Origin: Candidatus Babeliales bacterium
Lineage (GTDB): Bacteria > Babelota > Babeliae > Babelales > JANWKD01
DNA length: 64,000 bases
Assembly (NCBI GenBank): GCA_963701665.1
Contig: OY969622.1
Coordinates: 184,658 to 248,657, forward strand
Direction: 5' to 3'
Shown: positions 44,197-53,694 of the stretch, one piece after another
Position numbering within the stretch: the first letter of the stretch is position 1
Layout: each line of letters begins with the position of its first letter
Position numbers and translations under genes: made by a program
Notes under the pieces: generated by a model
Databases searched by the model: none
Seen by the model: the letters and a program-made list of their open reading frames with translations, nothing else
What the model was told of the DNA's origin: nothing

Positions 44197-44312
44197 GTTG
44201 ATATCAAAGGAGGATTTTTTCTTAATTTTGCAGGTATTTTAAAGGCCTTAGCAGGGAGGCTGGCGGAGCCAGGCGTAGTTTGCCGAGCCGGAAGGCCCGG
44301 ATAAACGAAGAC

Positions 44313-44388
44313 TGGTGAGCCGCGATGGATTCGAACCATCGACCCACAGCTTAAAAGGCTGTTGCTCTACCAACTGAGCTAGCGGCTC
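44313..44388 (-). tRNA. tRNA-Lys (anticodon UUU), CCA encoded
   Basis: The minus strand reads GAGCCGCTAGCTCAGTTGGTAGAGCAACAGCCTTTTAAGCTGTGGGTCGATGGTTCGAATCCATCGCGGCTCACCA, with anticodon loop CTTTTAA. Confidence 0.95.
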
Positions 44389-44543
44389 GAATTCTTAAAT
44401 AGTTAAGAATTTTTAGCAAAATCAATGACTCCATACTAGTTATTTCAGGTATGTTTGTCAAGAAATTACCAGAAAAATAGTGCCCTTTATAATATTTTTT
44501 TTCCTGCTAAACTGAATAATATACTATTTTTAGGGGGTTATAA

Positions 44544-45122
44544 ATGCTTAAACAAATTTTTGTAGCATTCTTATCTTTAACTAACTTGTCATATGTTCCT
44601 GATACCAAAAGAATTTTGGATCATCATGAAGTCCATGATCAGCAAAAACATTTCAATCATGACAGTTTTCTTACGTCTTGGAACGATGCTAGCTTTAATA
44701 TGGAAAGCGCGATGAGCATTGCTTTTGAGAGGTATAAAAATAATCTGATAGAGCAACAAGAAGCGAAAACAGATAACTATGATACAACAAGAGAAGAACA
44801 AGCCTTAGAAAAATTAGCATCTGAAAATTTAGTTCCGGGTACTATTCGTGTGCGATACCATAATGGACGAGGATATATAAGCTCGTATCTTCAATTAGAA
44901 AATAGTTATTGTTGGCATTATGGTGACTGCTTTCCTACATTGTATCTGCACAATGAAAAAAAATTATCCAATCAAGCAGATACATTAAAAACATTAATTT
45001 CTGCTGAAAAAAAACCAAAAGTGACGGTATATTTAAGCCGTAAACGTCCTTTACAATTTTCCCAATCTAAAAAAATCTTATATTCAATAGATTTAGATTT
45101 TACAAAATCCATCGAGTGTTAA
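44544..45122 (+). CDS. Hypothetical protein
   Basis: 192-aa ORF with a weak N-terminal hydrophobic segment. Confidence 0.4.
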   Translation: MLKQIFVAFLSLTNLSYVPDTKRILDHHEVHDQQKHFNHDSFLTSWNDASFNMESAMSIAFERYKNNLIEQQEAKTDNYDTTREEQALEKLASENLVPGTIRVRYHNGRGYISSYLQLENSYCWHYGDCFPTLYLHNEKKLSNQADTLKTLISAEKKPKVTVYLSRKRPLQFSQSKKILYSIDLDFTKSIEC

Positions 45123-46474
45123 ATTAAACTTTGGAATTCTTGCCCATCAAATTCTTGAACGCCGTGGTCCACCTGTAGAGTAAGCGTTGATGGCGAATGA
45201 TTAGCGCGTGCAAAGCTTTCAAATGCGCCCAATGGGTTTGTATGCCATCCAACTTTTATAGCAGTGTATCCTGTTGTATTTTCAGGTTTCTCAAATTTAT
45301 GTCTTTTTTGTTGTAGTATGCCTAAAAGCGTGTGGATGTATGCTACTTGATTTTGTTGATGATTGATTGAACAGAGCAGAGAAATAAAATTATCAATCTG
45401 TCTCATCATTTTTTTTGATTTTTGCGTAGGCAATGCTGTGTCATCAATCTTTGCGTCTCTTTGTGCAATGAAAATAGCATTCATATCGCTAAAATCTATC
45501 TTGGTTGCATGTTGCTGATTAAGCCCCTTGTTCAAGAAAACAATATAGGCTTCTTTTGCTTGATGGAGCAAGTTTGGTGCAGTGATTTGTTCTTTATTGC
45601 CAGGATCAATGGCAATAACTAAATGATTTTTTATGGGATTAATTTGTTTAAATTCGAAAAATCCTGAGGTATCTGAAAAAACGTTGATGTTGGTTGTGAT
45701 GCCATTATTTTGAAGATGTGTTCGAAATTCATGAAACAATGAACGGCATTCATTATTTTCGCTATATGCTTTATCAAAGCAATATAATCTTTGATGTTGA
45801 TACCCTCTTTTGCCAAGGATATAGGAAAGCAAATATTCGCTTAAAAGCAGGCCACTTCCAAAATACTCGCCCGAAAGAGGTTGATGAGCGGTGCACTGAT
45901 CAGAAGGAAATAATGTTGGTAGTTTTGAAATGACTTTGAGTGTACAACCAATTTTATCGTATAAGGTTGCTTTTGTGCACGTACATGTCGCTAGTTGGCG
46001 TTCTTCGGCTGGTAGATGAAATTTTTGAAACAATAATTCAACGCAATAATCTTTAATAGTTTCTTGTATTTCTCGAGAGTCTAGGGTGATGTCTGGATAA
46101 CGATCGTACAAGGGTACGATTTTTCTGAATTGTTTCTGTGCGAATGTTTTATAAAAAATATGTGCTAAAAATAGTTTTGTTGTTTCAGGATCATCTTGAA
46201 ACAACGGTAATAATCCATTCGCTTTAATTTCTTTTTTTTTGAATGATAGGATGTTCTTATCATCAACATCTTCTAGTGCATACTTTTTAAAAGGGGCTTG
46301 CGCAACCATAGAGGCGCGCAATTTTTTATAGAGCATATCGACTGATCGTATGCCCTTGTTATATTCGCAGCAAGTCTTACATTCGGGTTCAGACTCCATG
46401 CTTTTAAGTGATGCTGTAAACAATACAATAAGAATTAATACGTGGGATGCGAAAAGTAGAGGTGTTTTTTTCAT
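45119..46474 (-). CDS. Hypothetical secreted protein
   Basis: 451-aa ORF with signal peptide ...ASLKSM-ESE. No family recognised. Confidence 0.5.
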   Translation of the reverse strand: MKKTPLLFASHVLILIVLFTASLKSMESEPECKTCCEYNKGIRSVDMLYKKLRASMVAQAPFKKYALEDVDDKNILSFKKKEIKANGLLPLFQDDPETTKLFLAHIFYKTFAQKQFRKIVPLYDRYPDITLDSREIQETIKDYCVELLFQKFHLPAEERQLATCTCTKATLYDKIGCTLKVISKLPTLFPSDQCTAHQPLSGEYFGSGLLLSEYLLSYILGKRGYQHQRLYCFDKAYSENNECRSLFHEFRTHLQNNGITTNINVFSDTSGFFEFKQINPIKNHLVIAIDPGNKEQITAPNLLHQAKEAYIVFLNKGLNQQHATKIDFSDMNAIFIAQRDAKIDDTALPTQKSKKMMRQIDNFISLLCSINHQQNQVAYIHTLLGILQQKRHKFEKPENTTGYTAIKVGWHTNPLGAFESFARANHSPSTLTLQVDHGVQEFDGQEFQSLI

Positions 46475-46576
46475 AGAGACTTCGTGTGCTTTAAAAATTG
46501 TTATTATTTTTTCTGTGACGTTATTTTAATGCATTCTGAGAAATATTCAAAAAATATATTGGTTGAAGAGAGATTT

Positions 46577-47932
46577 TTATTTTATAAAGATGCTACTAAT
46601 GTAACAATAAATGAAAAGACCAAGAATGTCCATGATTGTTGCTAAAAAGGGACCGGCTGCGAATGCCGGATCAAAATGTAATTTTTTAAGAATGATAGGT
46701 ATACCACTACCAAGAACAACTGAAACGAGTACAATGAGTGATAAAGAAACACTCACCACAATACTTCCTAAAAGTTGCCCATACGTAAAGTAAACGCGCG
46801 CAAATGAAAAGAGTCCTAATAAAATTGCCATCATAACAGCCATGCCTAATTCGCGTCGTAAAAACCGAGGAATATTTGCTTGATGAATTTCCCCTGAAGC
46901 CATACCTTGAATAACTAACGCAGATGTTTGGCTACTTGAATTACCGCCAGTACTCGTGAGCATGGTAATGAAAAGTATTAAGAAACCTTCTAAGGTTGCT
47001 TCATAATTGCGAATAATCATCGTTGAAAGTGATTGTGCCAGCAAAAGAATGATGAGTATGTAACTACGTTCATAAAGAATTCTAAAGAAAGGCGTTTCAA
47101 AATAGGTTTTGGTAATCGGTACCATCGCAGAAATACGATAAACGTCTTCGCTTGCTTCTTGCTCGATAATATTGACCAATGTGTCACTCGGAATGACACC
47201 CAGAAAAAAATTATTTTTACCTACGACGGGCACTGTCATTAATTGATAGTGAATCATCTCTTTTGCAATTTTTTCTTGATCTTCATCAACATTTGCAATG
47301 AGTTCATTTTTGAGCATGAAAGAGCTTAAACGCGCGTTTGGGCTTTTCAGAACGAGGTCTTCGAGACCTATGTGGCCAACTAATTTGTTTTCATGATTGG
47401 TGACATAAATTTGTTGATGGAGATCAAGACGAGGTTTTAGACGTTGTAAAATATTAATACTTTTTTCAACAGTGAAATCTTCGCGCAGGGTGACGACATC
47501 GGTATCCATGATACCGCCGGCAGATTGCGGATCAAATTTAAGGAGCGAAATAACTTGTTGTCGATCGTGCGCATTTAATAAATCTAAATAATCTTTGAGC
47601 TCTTCATTTGATAATGAATCAAAAAGATCGGTCAGTTCATCAACGCCAGTGGCATTCAGAATCATGATTTTGTCATGACGATCAAGAATAGAAAGCATGA
47701 AAATTTTCATGGCATCTGAAAGATAGGTAAAAACACCAACTTTAAGACGCTTAGGCAAATGCACAATCAGTTCTTGCGCCTGTTCTCGCTCTATATCAGT
47801 TAAAAACTGCGCAATATCCGCCGGATGTATTGATAAAAATTGGTGCCAGATCGTTTTTGTCTCGGGTGTTTCTTGGCGAATCACCGCTTGCATATTATCC
47901 TCAACATGTTTCAAAATCATTTTTGAGTTCAT
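46577..47932 (-). CDS. mgtE: Magnesium transporter MgtE
   Basis: MgtE N-domain, tandem CBS region, and a C-terminal TM domain with the GGNSSSQTSALVIQGMA motif. Confidence 0.9.
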   Translation of the reverse strand: MNSKMILKHVEDNMQAVIRQETPETKTIWHQFLSIHPADIAQFLTDIEREQAQELIVHLPKRLKVGVFTYLSDAMKIFMLSILDRHDKIMILNATGVDELTDLFDSLSNEELKDYLDLLNAHDRQQVISLLKFDPQSAGGIMDTDVVTLREDFTVEKSINILQRLKPRLDLHQQIYVTNHENKLVGHIGLEDLVLKSPNARLSSFMLKNELIANVDEDQEKIAKEMIHYQLMTVPVVGKNNFFLGVIPSDTLVNIIEQEASEDVYRISAMVPITKTYFETPFFRILYERSYILIILLLAQSLSTMIIRNYEATLEGFLILFITMLTSTGGNSSSQTSALVIQGMASGEIHQANIPRFLRRELGMAVMMAILLGLFSFARVYFTYGQLLGSIVVSVSLSLIVLVSVVLGSGIPIILKKLHFDPAFAAGPFLATIMDILGLFIYCYISSIFIK

Positions 47933-48245
47933 TATGCATCTCTTTCAGGTTTGCTGGTTACCTTGTTTCATGATCCTAAAGCATAGTAAAGTGGAGACCT
48001 TTTAACATACCAGAATATCTAGTATTGTCCATTTGGGTTAAAAGTGAGATCGGTCTTTACCCCTACGTTATTTTTCCCCTTTTTGAATTAACATTAATAG
48101 GATAATTAAGTGTTACACACTTTGGGGGCTATTTTGCAAGAAAATCGTGAAGCAGATAACGAATGTCGCCTTCTCTTACGATTGTTGACAATAGAAAAAA
48201 GACGAGCAAAACTATGCGTACGTTTACATAATCTAAGGGGTCTAC

Positions 48246-48788
48246 ATGAAATATCCAGTATATTTTTCGCTTGTTGTTTTTTGTTTAGTTCATTCTTATA
48301 GCCTTGGCATGGATGCAGCACTCGCACTTCTTTATCATCCGTCATCAACACAATCAGCATCAAGCCGTTATACATATCAGCCCAATCCTGGCATGGATAT
48401 TTCATCAGAAAAAATAAAAGAGAATGCGCAACAATTTTTGGATCATGTGGATGCTTTTAAAGCCCGCGCAGAAAAAATATTGGATATGGAAAATACTCAT
48501 CTTTCGAGAGATCAAAGAACATATTTACTAAATTATATGGCTAGATGCACGAGTATGCGCGTTAGCGTATCTGAAGAGCCGAAATGCGTTTACGAAAAAA
48601 TATGCCAATTCTCTGCAAGTAGTAACGATGACAATTTTTGGAAAGAATTAGCGAAAAAGAGAAATATTGATCAGCCGATTTTTTCTAGTCATGAAAAACA
48701 AAGATCGGCTTTATATCAATTATTCGAGCAGTTCAAAAAAGAGCGATTGATCATTGAAGTCCTTAAATCAAATAAATCGGCTCTTTAA
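48246..48788 (+). CDS. Hypothetical secreted protein (tandem paralogue 1)
   Basis: Signal peptide ...YSLGM-DAA. The F(L/I)..(V/L)D(A/G)FK..AEK(I/T)LDM... block is shared with 48807-49337. Confidence 0.5.
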   Translation: MKYPVYFSLVVFCLVHSYSLGMDAALALLYHPSSTQSASSRYTYQPNPGMDISSEKIKENAQQFLDHVDAFKARAEKILDMENTHLSRDQRTYLLNYMARCTSMRVSVSEEPKCVYEKICQFSASSNDDNFWKELAKKRNIDQPIFSSHEKQRSALYQLFEQFKKERLIIEVLKSNKSAL

Positions 48789-48806
48789 CGCTACAAAGGA
48801 GTTTAC

Positions 48807-49337
48807 ATGAAATATTTTTTCTATCTTTTTGCTATTCCGTTTTTTTTGATACATGGTTTGGTAAGTGCGAGTGAGGTTGTTGCCTTCCGGCCTAATGACC
48901 TGATAAAGATAGTTGATAATGATGAGCGCCGTGATGCAGCAGTGTTTATTGCCTGTTTAGATGGATTTAAAAATGTAGCAGAAAAAACATTGGATATGTA
49001 TAAAGAAGGTCATGAAAAGCTGTCTGATCGAGAAATATTATTTTTAAAATTTTGTATCGAAGCAAATGATATTGTTCGCTATAAAGTTAATGAACATAGT
49101 AATGCTGTCTACAAAAAAGCATGCTCATTTGATTTAAGCTCTCCCTCTACGATGCTAGGACTAGAGTTTTGGCCTAAATTATTGTGCAAGAAAAAAGTTG
49201 ATCCACAATTATTTGATGAACAGCTTGCATATGTAGAAAAAATGAAAGCTTTTATTGAAGAGTTAATTGCTAAAGGATTAATTTGCCACTACCCACGTAC
49301 GGTAGGTGGGAAAATCGTATACAAAGCCGCGCTCTAA
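48807..49337 (+). CDS. Hypothetical secreted protein (tandem paralogue 2)
   Basis: Same length class, MKY start, and shared central blocks with 48246-48788. Confidence 0.5.
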   Translation: MKYFFYLFAIPFFLIHGLVSASEVVAFRPNDLIKIVDNDERRDAAVFIACLDGFKNVAEKTLDMYKEGHEKLSDREILFLKFCIEANDIVRYKVNEHSNAVYKKACSFDLSSPSTMLGLEFWPKLLCKKKVDPQLFDEQLAYVEKMKAFIEELIAKGLICHYPRTVGGKIVYKAAL

Positions 49338-49381
49338 TTTTTCTATTTGACTATAAATTCAGAAATCTTTAATCTGAATAT

Positions 49382-50323
49382 ATGATTAAGGATTTTATTA
49401 TGATGATTCAAAATACCCCTACTTTACCTATGAACACTGTTTTTTCAGGTGATGTGCCTCAGCGCATAGACCTGTTTTTGGCCGGCCACCATGGGCAATC
49501 CAGAACCTATTTCCAAGAGCTGATTGCGCTCAAGCATGTTTTTGTTAACGACAGCCCGGTTAAAAAGCCCAGCTTGCTCTTAAAGCAGGGAGACACCGTT
49601 GCGGTGCATTTTCCTACGCTAGAAGAGATCAAAGCTCTGAAAACGCTCGATCCGGGGCTTAAGATAGAAGTCGTTTTTGAGCATGAAGACTTTTTAGTGA
49701 TCAATAAACCCGCGCATCTTTCGGTGCACGCGCCTTCACAACATACAAACGAGGGTTCATTAGTTGATTGGCTTTTATCGAGGTTTCAAGAGCTTGAGAA
49801 CGTGGGCAGCCAGGAGCGGCCGGGCATTGTACATCGCCTTGATAAAGATACTTCAGGACTTTTATTGGTTGCGCGTAACCGCATTGCTCATGAGCTGTTG
49901 AGCGATATGTTCAAGCAGCGTCAGGTTAAAAAGACCTATCACGCCGTTGTCAAAGGGCATCCTGAAGAAACGGGTGCGATCGATTTCCCTATTGCGCGTG
50001 ATACCGTGCATCGCATCAAAATGACCCACAAATCCGTTGTTGGCCGTGACGCGCGTACCGAATATAAAGTTCTACGATATTTTAAAGAGGCGTCGCTGCT
50101 GGAATTACGTCCACTGACAGGGCGTACGCATCAGCTGCGCGTGCATTGTGCTGCACTCGGGTATCCTATTATTGGCGATCGTTTATATGGTTCCTCTTCT
50201 AAGCTTGTCGAGCGTCAGGCATTGCATGCTGTTGCATTAGAATTTGTATACAAAGGACAACCATACTTTTTTTCTCGGGAAGCACCAGATGATTTTGCGC
50301 AGCTCATTGCCCATCTTGAATAA
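49382..50323 (+). CDS. rluD: 23S rRNA pseudouridine synthase, RluA family (RluD-like)
   Basis: S4 domain followed by the catalytic HRLDKDTSGLLLVA motif and the GRTHQLRVH block. Confidence 0.85.
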   Translation: MIKDFIMMIQNTPTLPMNTVFSGDVPQRIDLFLAGHHGQSRTYFQELIALKHVFVNDSPVKKPSLLLKQGDTVAVHFPTLEEIKALKTLDPGLKIEVVFEHEDFLVINKPAHLSVHAPSQHTNEGSLVDWLLSRFQELENVGSQERPGIVHRLDKDTSGLLLVARNRIAHELLSDMFKQRQVKKTYHAVVKGHPEETGAIDFPIARDTVHRIKMTHKSVVGRDARTEYKVLRYFKEASLLELRPLTGRTHQLRVHCAALGYPIIGDRLYGSSSKLVERQALHAVALEFVYKGQPYFFSREAPDDFAQLIAHLE

Positions 50324-50445
50324 GTAAAAGATTTCTTGATTTTTTTCAAAACTTGAATAGCATAAGTTCGAAGCTAAGAAGGAATTGTAGTAATGAAGCG
50401 GCCGTATTTTTTCTAAAAATAACATTCCTTCTTGAACTTTTTGGA

Positions 50446-51210
50446 CTATATACAATTCCCTAAAATTTGAATTACCGATTTTAACTCTCTCATGAAGCTT
50501 TGATATACGCGCTGCGTTAATCGTTCTTCTTGAATTTTTGGCATTGCACTAATCTTAACTTTGAGCGTATCAAACTTTTTCTTGTATTGATCAGTGATTT
50601 TTTTGTTTTCAACAATCCAAACATTTTCTTCATTACGTGTTGTGCCACCGATGGTAGCATTAGCTGATCCAGTAAATACTATTGTTCTTCCTGAAAGTGT
50701 GTTATCAAAAACAAAAAATTTGTTATGCATGATCGAATAATATTTGCCGCCATACACATGAATTGGGATTCTTAATTTGCGCAATGCTGTTATTTTTTCA
50801 TAACGGCTGTACGTGCAACTTTTATCGACAATAATTTCTATAGCAACATTTCGATGGTGAGCTTGTATGAGCGCTTCAACGATATCTTTATCCGTTAATT
50901 GATACACGGCGATGCGAATTTTTGTTCGTGGTTTGCTCATATGGATAAGTCCTATGAGTAACACTTTCACATCTTCATCGGGTACAAAGAAAACCTGTTT
51001 TACCCTTTTGCCCGGCACGATCAACTTTTTTTGCGTGTAAGCAATGCATTGATCTTGTTGATACCGGTTAGTTTTCTCCTTGCTTAACAGTGGTGGTGAA
51101 AAAATGAAAAAAGTAAGTACACTGATGATCGTTGTACGTGTTTTTTTTCTGATAAGACGCTTTTTTGGCGAGGCAGTGTGTTGAAAAACATAGTAGAATA
51201 GGCGCTTCAT
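50446..51210 (-). CDS. Phospholipase D-superfamily protein (single HKD domain, Nuc-like)
   Basis: HKD motif IMHNKFFVFDN...GSANAT. Start taken at MKRLFYY (ATG at 51210) with AGGAG upstream. Confidence 0.7.
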   Translation of the reverse strand: MKRLFYYVFQHTASPKKRLIRKKTRTTIISVLTFFIFSPPLLSKEKTNRYQQDQCIAYTQKKLIVPGKRVKQVFFVPDEDVKVLLIGLIHMSKPRTKIRIAVYQLTDKDIVEALIQAHHRNVAIEIIVDKSCTYSRYEKITALRKLRIPIHVYGGKYYSIMHNKFFVFDNTLSGRTIVFTGSANATIGGTTRNEENVWIVENKKITDQYKKKFDTLKVKISAMPKIQEERLTQRVYQSFMRELKSVIQILGNCI

Positions 51211-51297
51211 TTGACACTCCTTTTTTTGAATGGTACAATGAGGATGATTATTGAAAAAAATAATTTCAATTCGTGACAATTTGCAGAGGAGTTTTCT

Positions 51298-52056
51298 ATG
51301 CTTACTACGTCACCACGTTCTTTATGTATGGCGCTCGCCATATTAATTGCTTCCCATGCGTCTCATCTTAATGCACAAACTACATTCTCTGTTGCTGTAA
51401 CTAATGGCGATCCTGAGCCTACAAGAAATTTTGGAAAAAGAGAATCAGATTCATCACGTTTTGTTAGCGCTTGCGCGGTTATTGCTGGTGTGACACTCGC
51501 TGGACTTGGCCTTTATGGCTTGGCTCAATATTTTGAAGAAACTGATGATCATTTTCTACGCACTGCTGAACAACGTTTTGAAACTATGAAGCGGCGCTAT
51601 GCAGGATTTCATAGATTATCCAATCGCGAGCTTGAAGAACAGATTAATGATGTTAATTGGCAGGTAAAATATTATCGCATATTGACGTTCAAGAATACTG
51701 TGGAACGCGAAAATGGTGATCTTGCTAATTTCATACAGAAAATTGATGATCGCATACGATCGCTCAGAAGAAAACTGAACGATGCGCGCGGCCTTTCATC
51801 GTTTGAATATGCTGATCTTTGTTCTATAAAAAAATCTTTAGAACGAGTGTATGATGAATGCGCGCGTCTCAATAGCGCACTCGCGACATTATTAAAACGC
51901 GTGATTAATCTTCCCGGATACAAGGAAGAAGAGCGTGAAAAACTACGTGAAGAGCGAGAACGTCGCCATCAAAAAGAAATGCTCGACGCATTAAAAAAAC
52001 CTACCTATGTGTACGTTGAAGATCAACGAAGTCCAAGCACATCCTATTATAGATAA
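51298..52056 (+). CDS. Hypothetical secreted/membrane coiled-coil protein
   Basis: Signal-like N-terminus, an internal TM (ACAVIAGVTLAGLGLYGLA), and a charged helical C-terminus. Confidence 0.45.
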   Translation: MLTTSPRSLCMALAILIASHASHLNAQTTFSVAVTNGDPEPTRNFGKRESDSSRFVSACAVIAGVTLAGLGLYGLAQYFEETDDHFLRTAEQRFETMKRRYAGFHRLSNRELEEQINDVNWQVKYYRILTFKNTVERENGDLANFIQKIDDRIRSLRRKLNDARGLSSFEYADLCSIKKSLERVYDECARLNSALATLLKRVINLPGYKEEEREKLREERERRHQKEMLDALKKPTYVYVEDQRSPSTSYYR

Positions 52057-52063
52057 TAGTTTA

Positions 52064-53458
52064 TTAATCTTTTTTGGCTTTAGATAAGATTATAACGTTT
52101 TCTGACTTATCCTCTTCACAGTGATGAATGAGCACGTATTTATCGTCAACATTAACGATTGATTTTATCGGATGATTCGAAATACTTACGTTGCCTGGAT
52201 CATTAAATCCATCCCGCGCATTATATAGTTTTAGTTGGCCTTTGCTTGTTCCTGCTAGAAGGAGTTCATCATTAAAAGATGTAAGGGATGTCCATTGTTC
52301 ATCTTTTTCTGATGGGAGTGTAAACAGTGTGAGTGTTCTTGCTGGTGTTTTATCGAGCTCAAAGCGAACTAGTTTTTTGCCAAGGAGCCCAATTAAATGA
52401 TCCTGGAAGCATGCAAGGCCTTGAATAGCATCTTCAAGTTCTTCAATTCGTCTGAGACAGTTGCCTGTTGCTGTGTCCCATTTTTTTAAACTACGATCCC
52501 GTGCAGCAGAATAAGCACATTTTTTAAGGGCAAGCAGCGCTGTAATGGCACCATTGTGTTGTTCAGAAAACTCTTTTTTACTTGACGTTTCTCCAGATTT
52601 ATCATGAGGCAAATCATGTTTTATTATGACTCCCTTAGGTGTTCCTTCTAAAATATAGGAAGGAATCTCTTCTTCATTATACGAAGTGAAAAAGGCACAT
52701 AGAGGCGGTTTTGAATGGGATGAAATTATGCTTATTTTTAGATTCTTTAGCGGTGTAATCATGAGCGATTCAGTTTTTAATGTACTGGTAAAGGGGCAAA
52801 AAAGAACTGGGCGATCAGGAAAGCCTAAAGTCTTTTGCCATGTTCCCAGCGCATTTCTTTTTGTTGTATAGCAATCTATTTCACCATTCTGTTTTGCGGC
52901 AAATAGATCATGACCTTTCATAGTAACGAGAGTTGATAGTGCTTGTAATGGAACTTCACTATAAGCTTTTAAATGGTAATCCTCATAAAGATCTTTTTTT
53001 TGAGCTTTTTCAGCTTTTTTTAGTCGCGGACTTTGAACTATGTTAAAATGAAATTCTTTGTTGGTAAATAAAGAACCATCTATTTTTTTAAACTTTTTTT
53101 CTTCATGTGAAGGTAGTGCAATCGAGGTTAGTTGGGGATTTTGTTTCGTTAAGTATAAGCATCGTTCACGATATACGCTTGCCATGGCACCTTCTTTGAA
53201 ATATTGTTTATAATGATTGACTAATTTTTCATAGAGCATATTGGCAAGCTCAACCCTATCCAAAGTAATTGCCGTATGGATACAATCTTCGATGCAATCA
53301 AATTGTGTGGGCAGAGAACGTTCGTGAATGGCAGAATCTAATAGTTCTAGTATTGTAGATTCATCTGCTTGATTTTGCATGATAGAGATAACAAATTCGC
53401 TAAAACTTGGATCATGAAACATAGTTGAATCATGCAGCAGCTTTTTTCTTCTTCCCAT
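52064..53458 (-). CDS. WD40/beta-propeller-like protein, main body (paralogue of 53695-55512); probably 5'-truncated by a frameshift
   Basis: The C-terminal half has propeller-like repeats (e.g. AYSAARDRSLKKWD). Architecture parallels the neighbouring WD40 gene, but the signal peptide sits in the overlapping ORF 53347-53622. Confidence 0.55.
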   Translation of the reverse strand: MGRRKKLLHDSTMFHDPSFSEFVISIMQNQADESTILELLDSAIHERSLPTQFDCIEDCIHTAITLDRVELANMLYEKLVNHYKQYFKEGAMASVYRERCLYLTKQNPQLTSIALPSHEEKKFKKIDGSLFTNKEFHFNIVQSPRLKKAEKAQKKDLYEDYHLKAYSEVPLQALSTLVTMKGHDLFAAKQNGEIDCYTTKRNALGTWQKTLGFPDRPVLFCPFTSTLKTESLMITPLKNLKISIISSHSKPPLCAFFTSYNEEEIPSYILEGTPKGVIIKHDLPHDKSGETSSKKEFSEQHNGAITALLALKKCAYSAARDRSLKKWDTATGNCLRRIEELEDAIQGLACFQDHLIGLLGKKLVRFELDKTPARTLTLFTLPSEKDEQWTSLTSFNDELLLAGTSKGQLKLYNARDGFNDPGNVSISNHPIKSIVNVDDKYVLIHHCEEDKSENVIILSKAKKD

Positions 53459-53622
53459 GAAAATTCTTCTTTTTCTTTAGCCCCTTTTTTTCTTTGGCCA
53501 GGCGCTTCTTCTTTTTCATCCCATGCATAATAAACATTACCATCCTCTCCTTCCTCCATGCCAAAAAGATTTATGGTGCCCAGTAGTATTACTGCAAGAG
53601 TAAGAAGAATATTTTTTTTCAT
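53347..53622 (-). pseudogene. Signal-peptide-encoding 5' fragment, out of frame with 52064-53458 (split at an A6 tract)
   Basis: Encodes MKKNILLTLAVILLGTINLFGM-EEGED...FSWEEEK, then runs out of frame. One extra A in the run at 53443-53448 would read ...WEEEKKLLHDSTMFHD, continuous with the downstream ORF. Confidence 0.5.
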
Positions 53623-53694
53623 ATAACTTCCTTTTTTGAACAAATCTATTCATGAAATTCAAATTACTGAATTTTTCCGAGACGATGCAAGACA

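Noticed and set aside
44197-44312. Possible SRP (4.5S) RNA, because the plus strand contains a GGAA tetraloop closed by GC pairs (gagccGGAAggccc).
   Set aside because: The conserved domain IV context is absent on either strand. That context is the symmetric and asymmetric loops with AGCA/GGAA-GCAG flanking the tetraloop. The region is kept only as an unexplained structured spacer.
44019-44339. 106-aa minus-strand ORF spanning the tRNA region.
   Set aside because: It runs through tRNA-Glu and into tRNA-Lys, covering the spacer between them, and it overlaps the recombinase 3' end. It is an artefact of the stop-free GC-rich stretch.
47933-48245. Mg2+ (M-box/ykoK) riboswitch in the roughly 300-nt leader upstream of mgtE.
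   Set aside because: I could not recognise the conserved M-box helices or core motifs by eye on the minus strand. A covariance-model scan would be needed, so there is no support from sequence alone.
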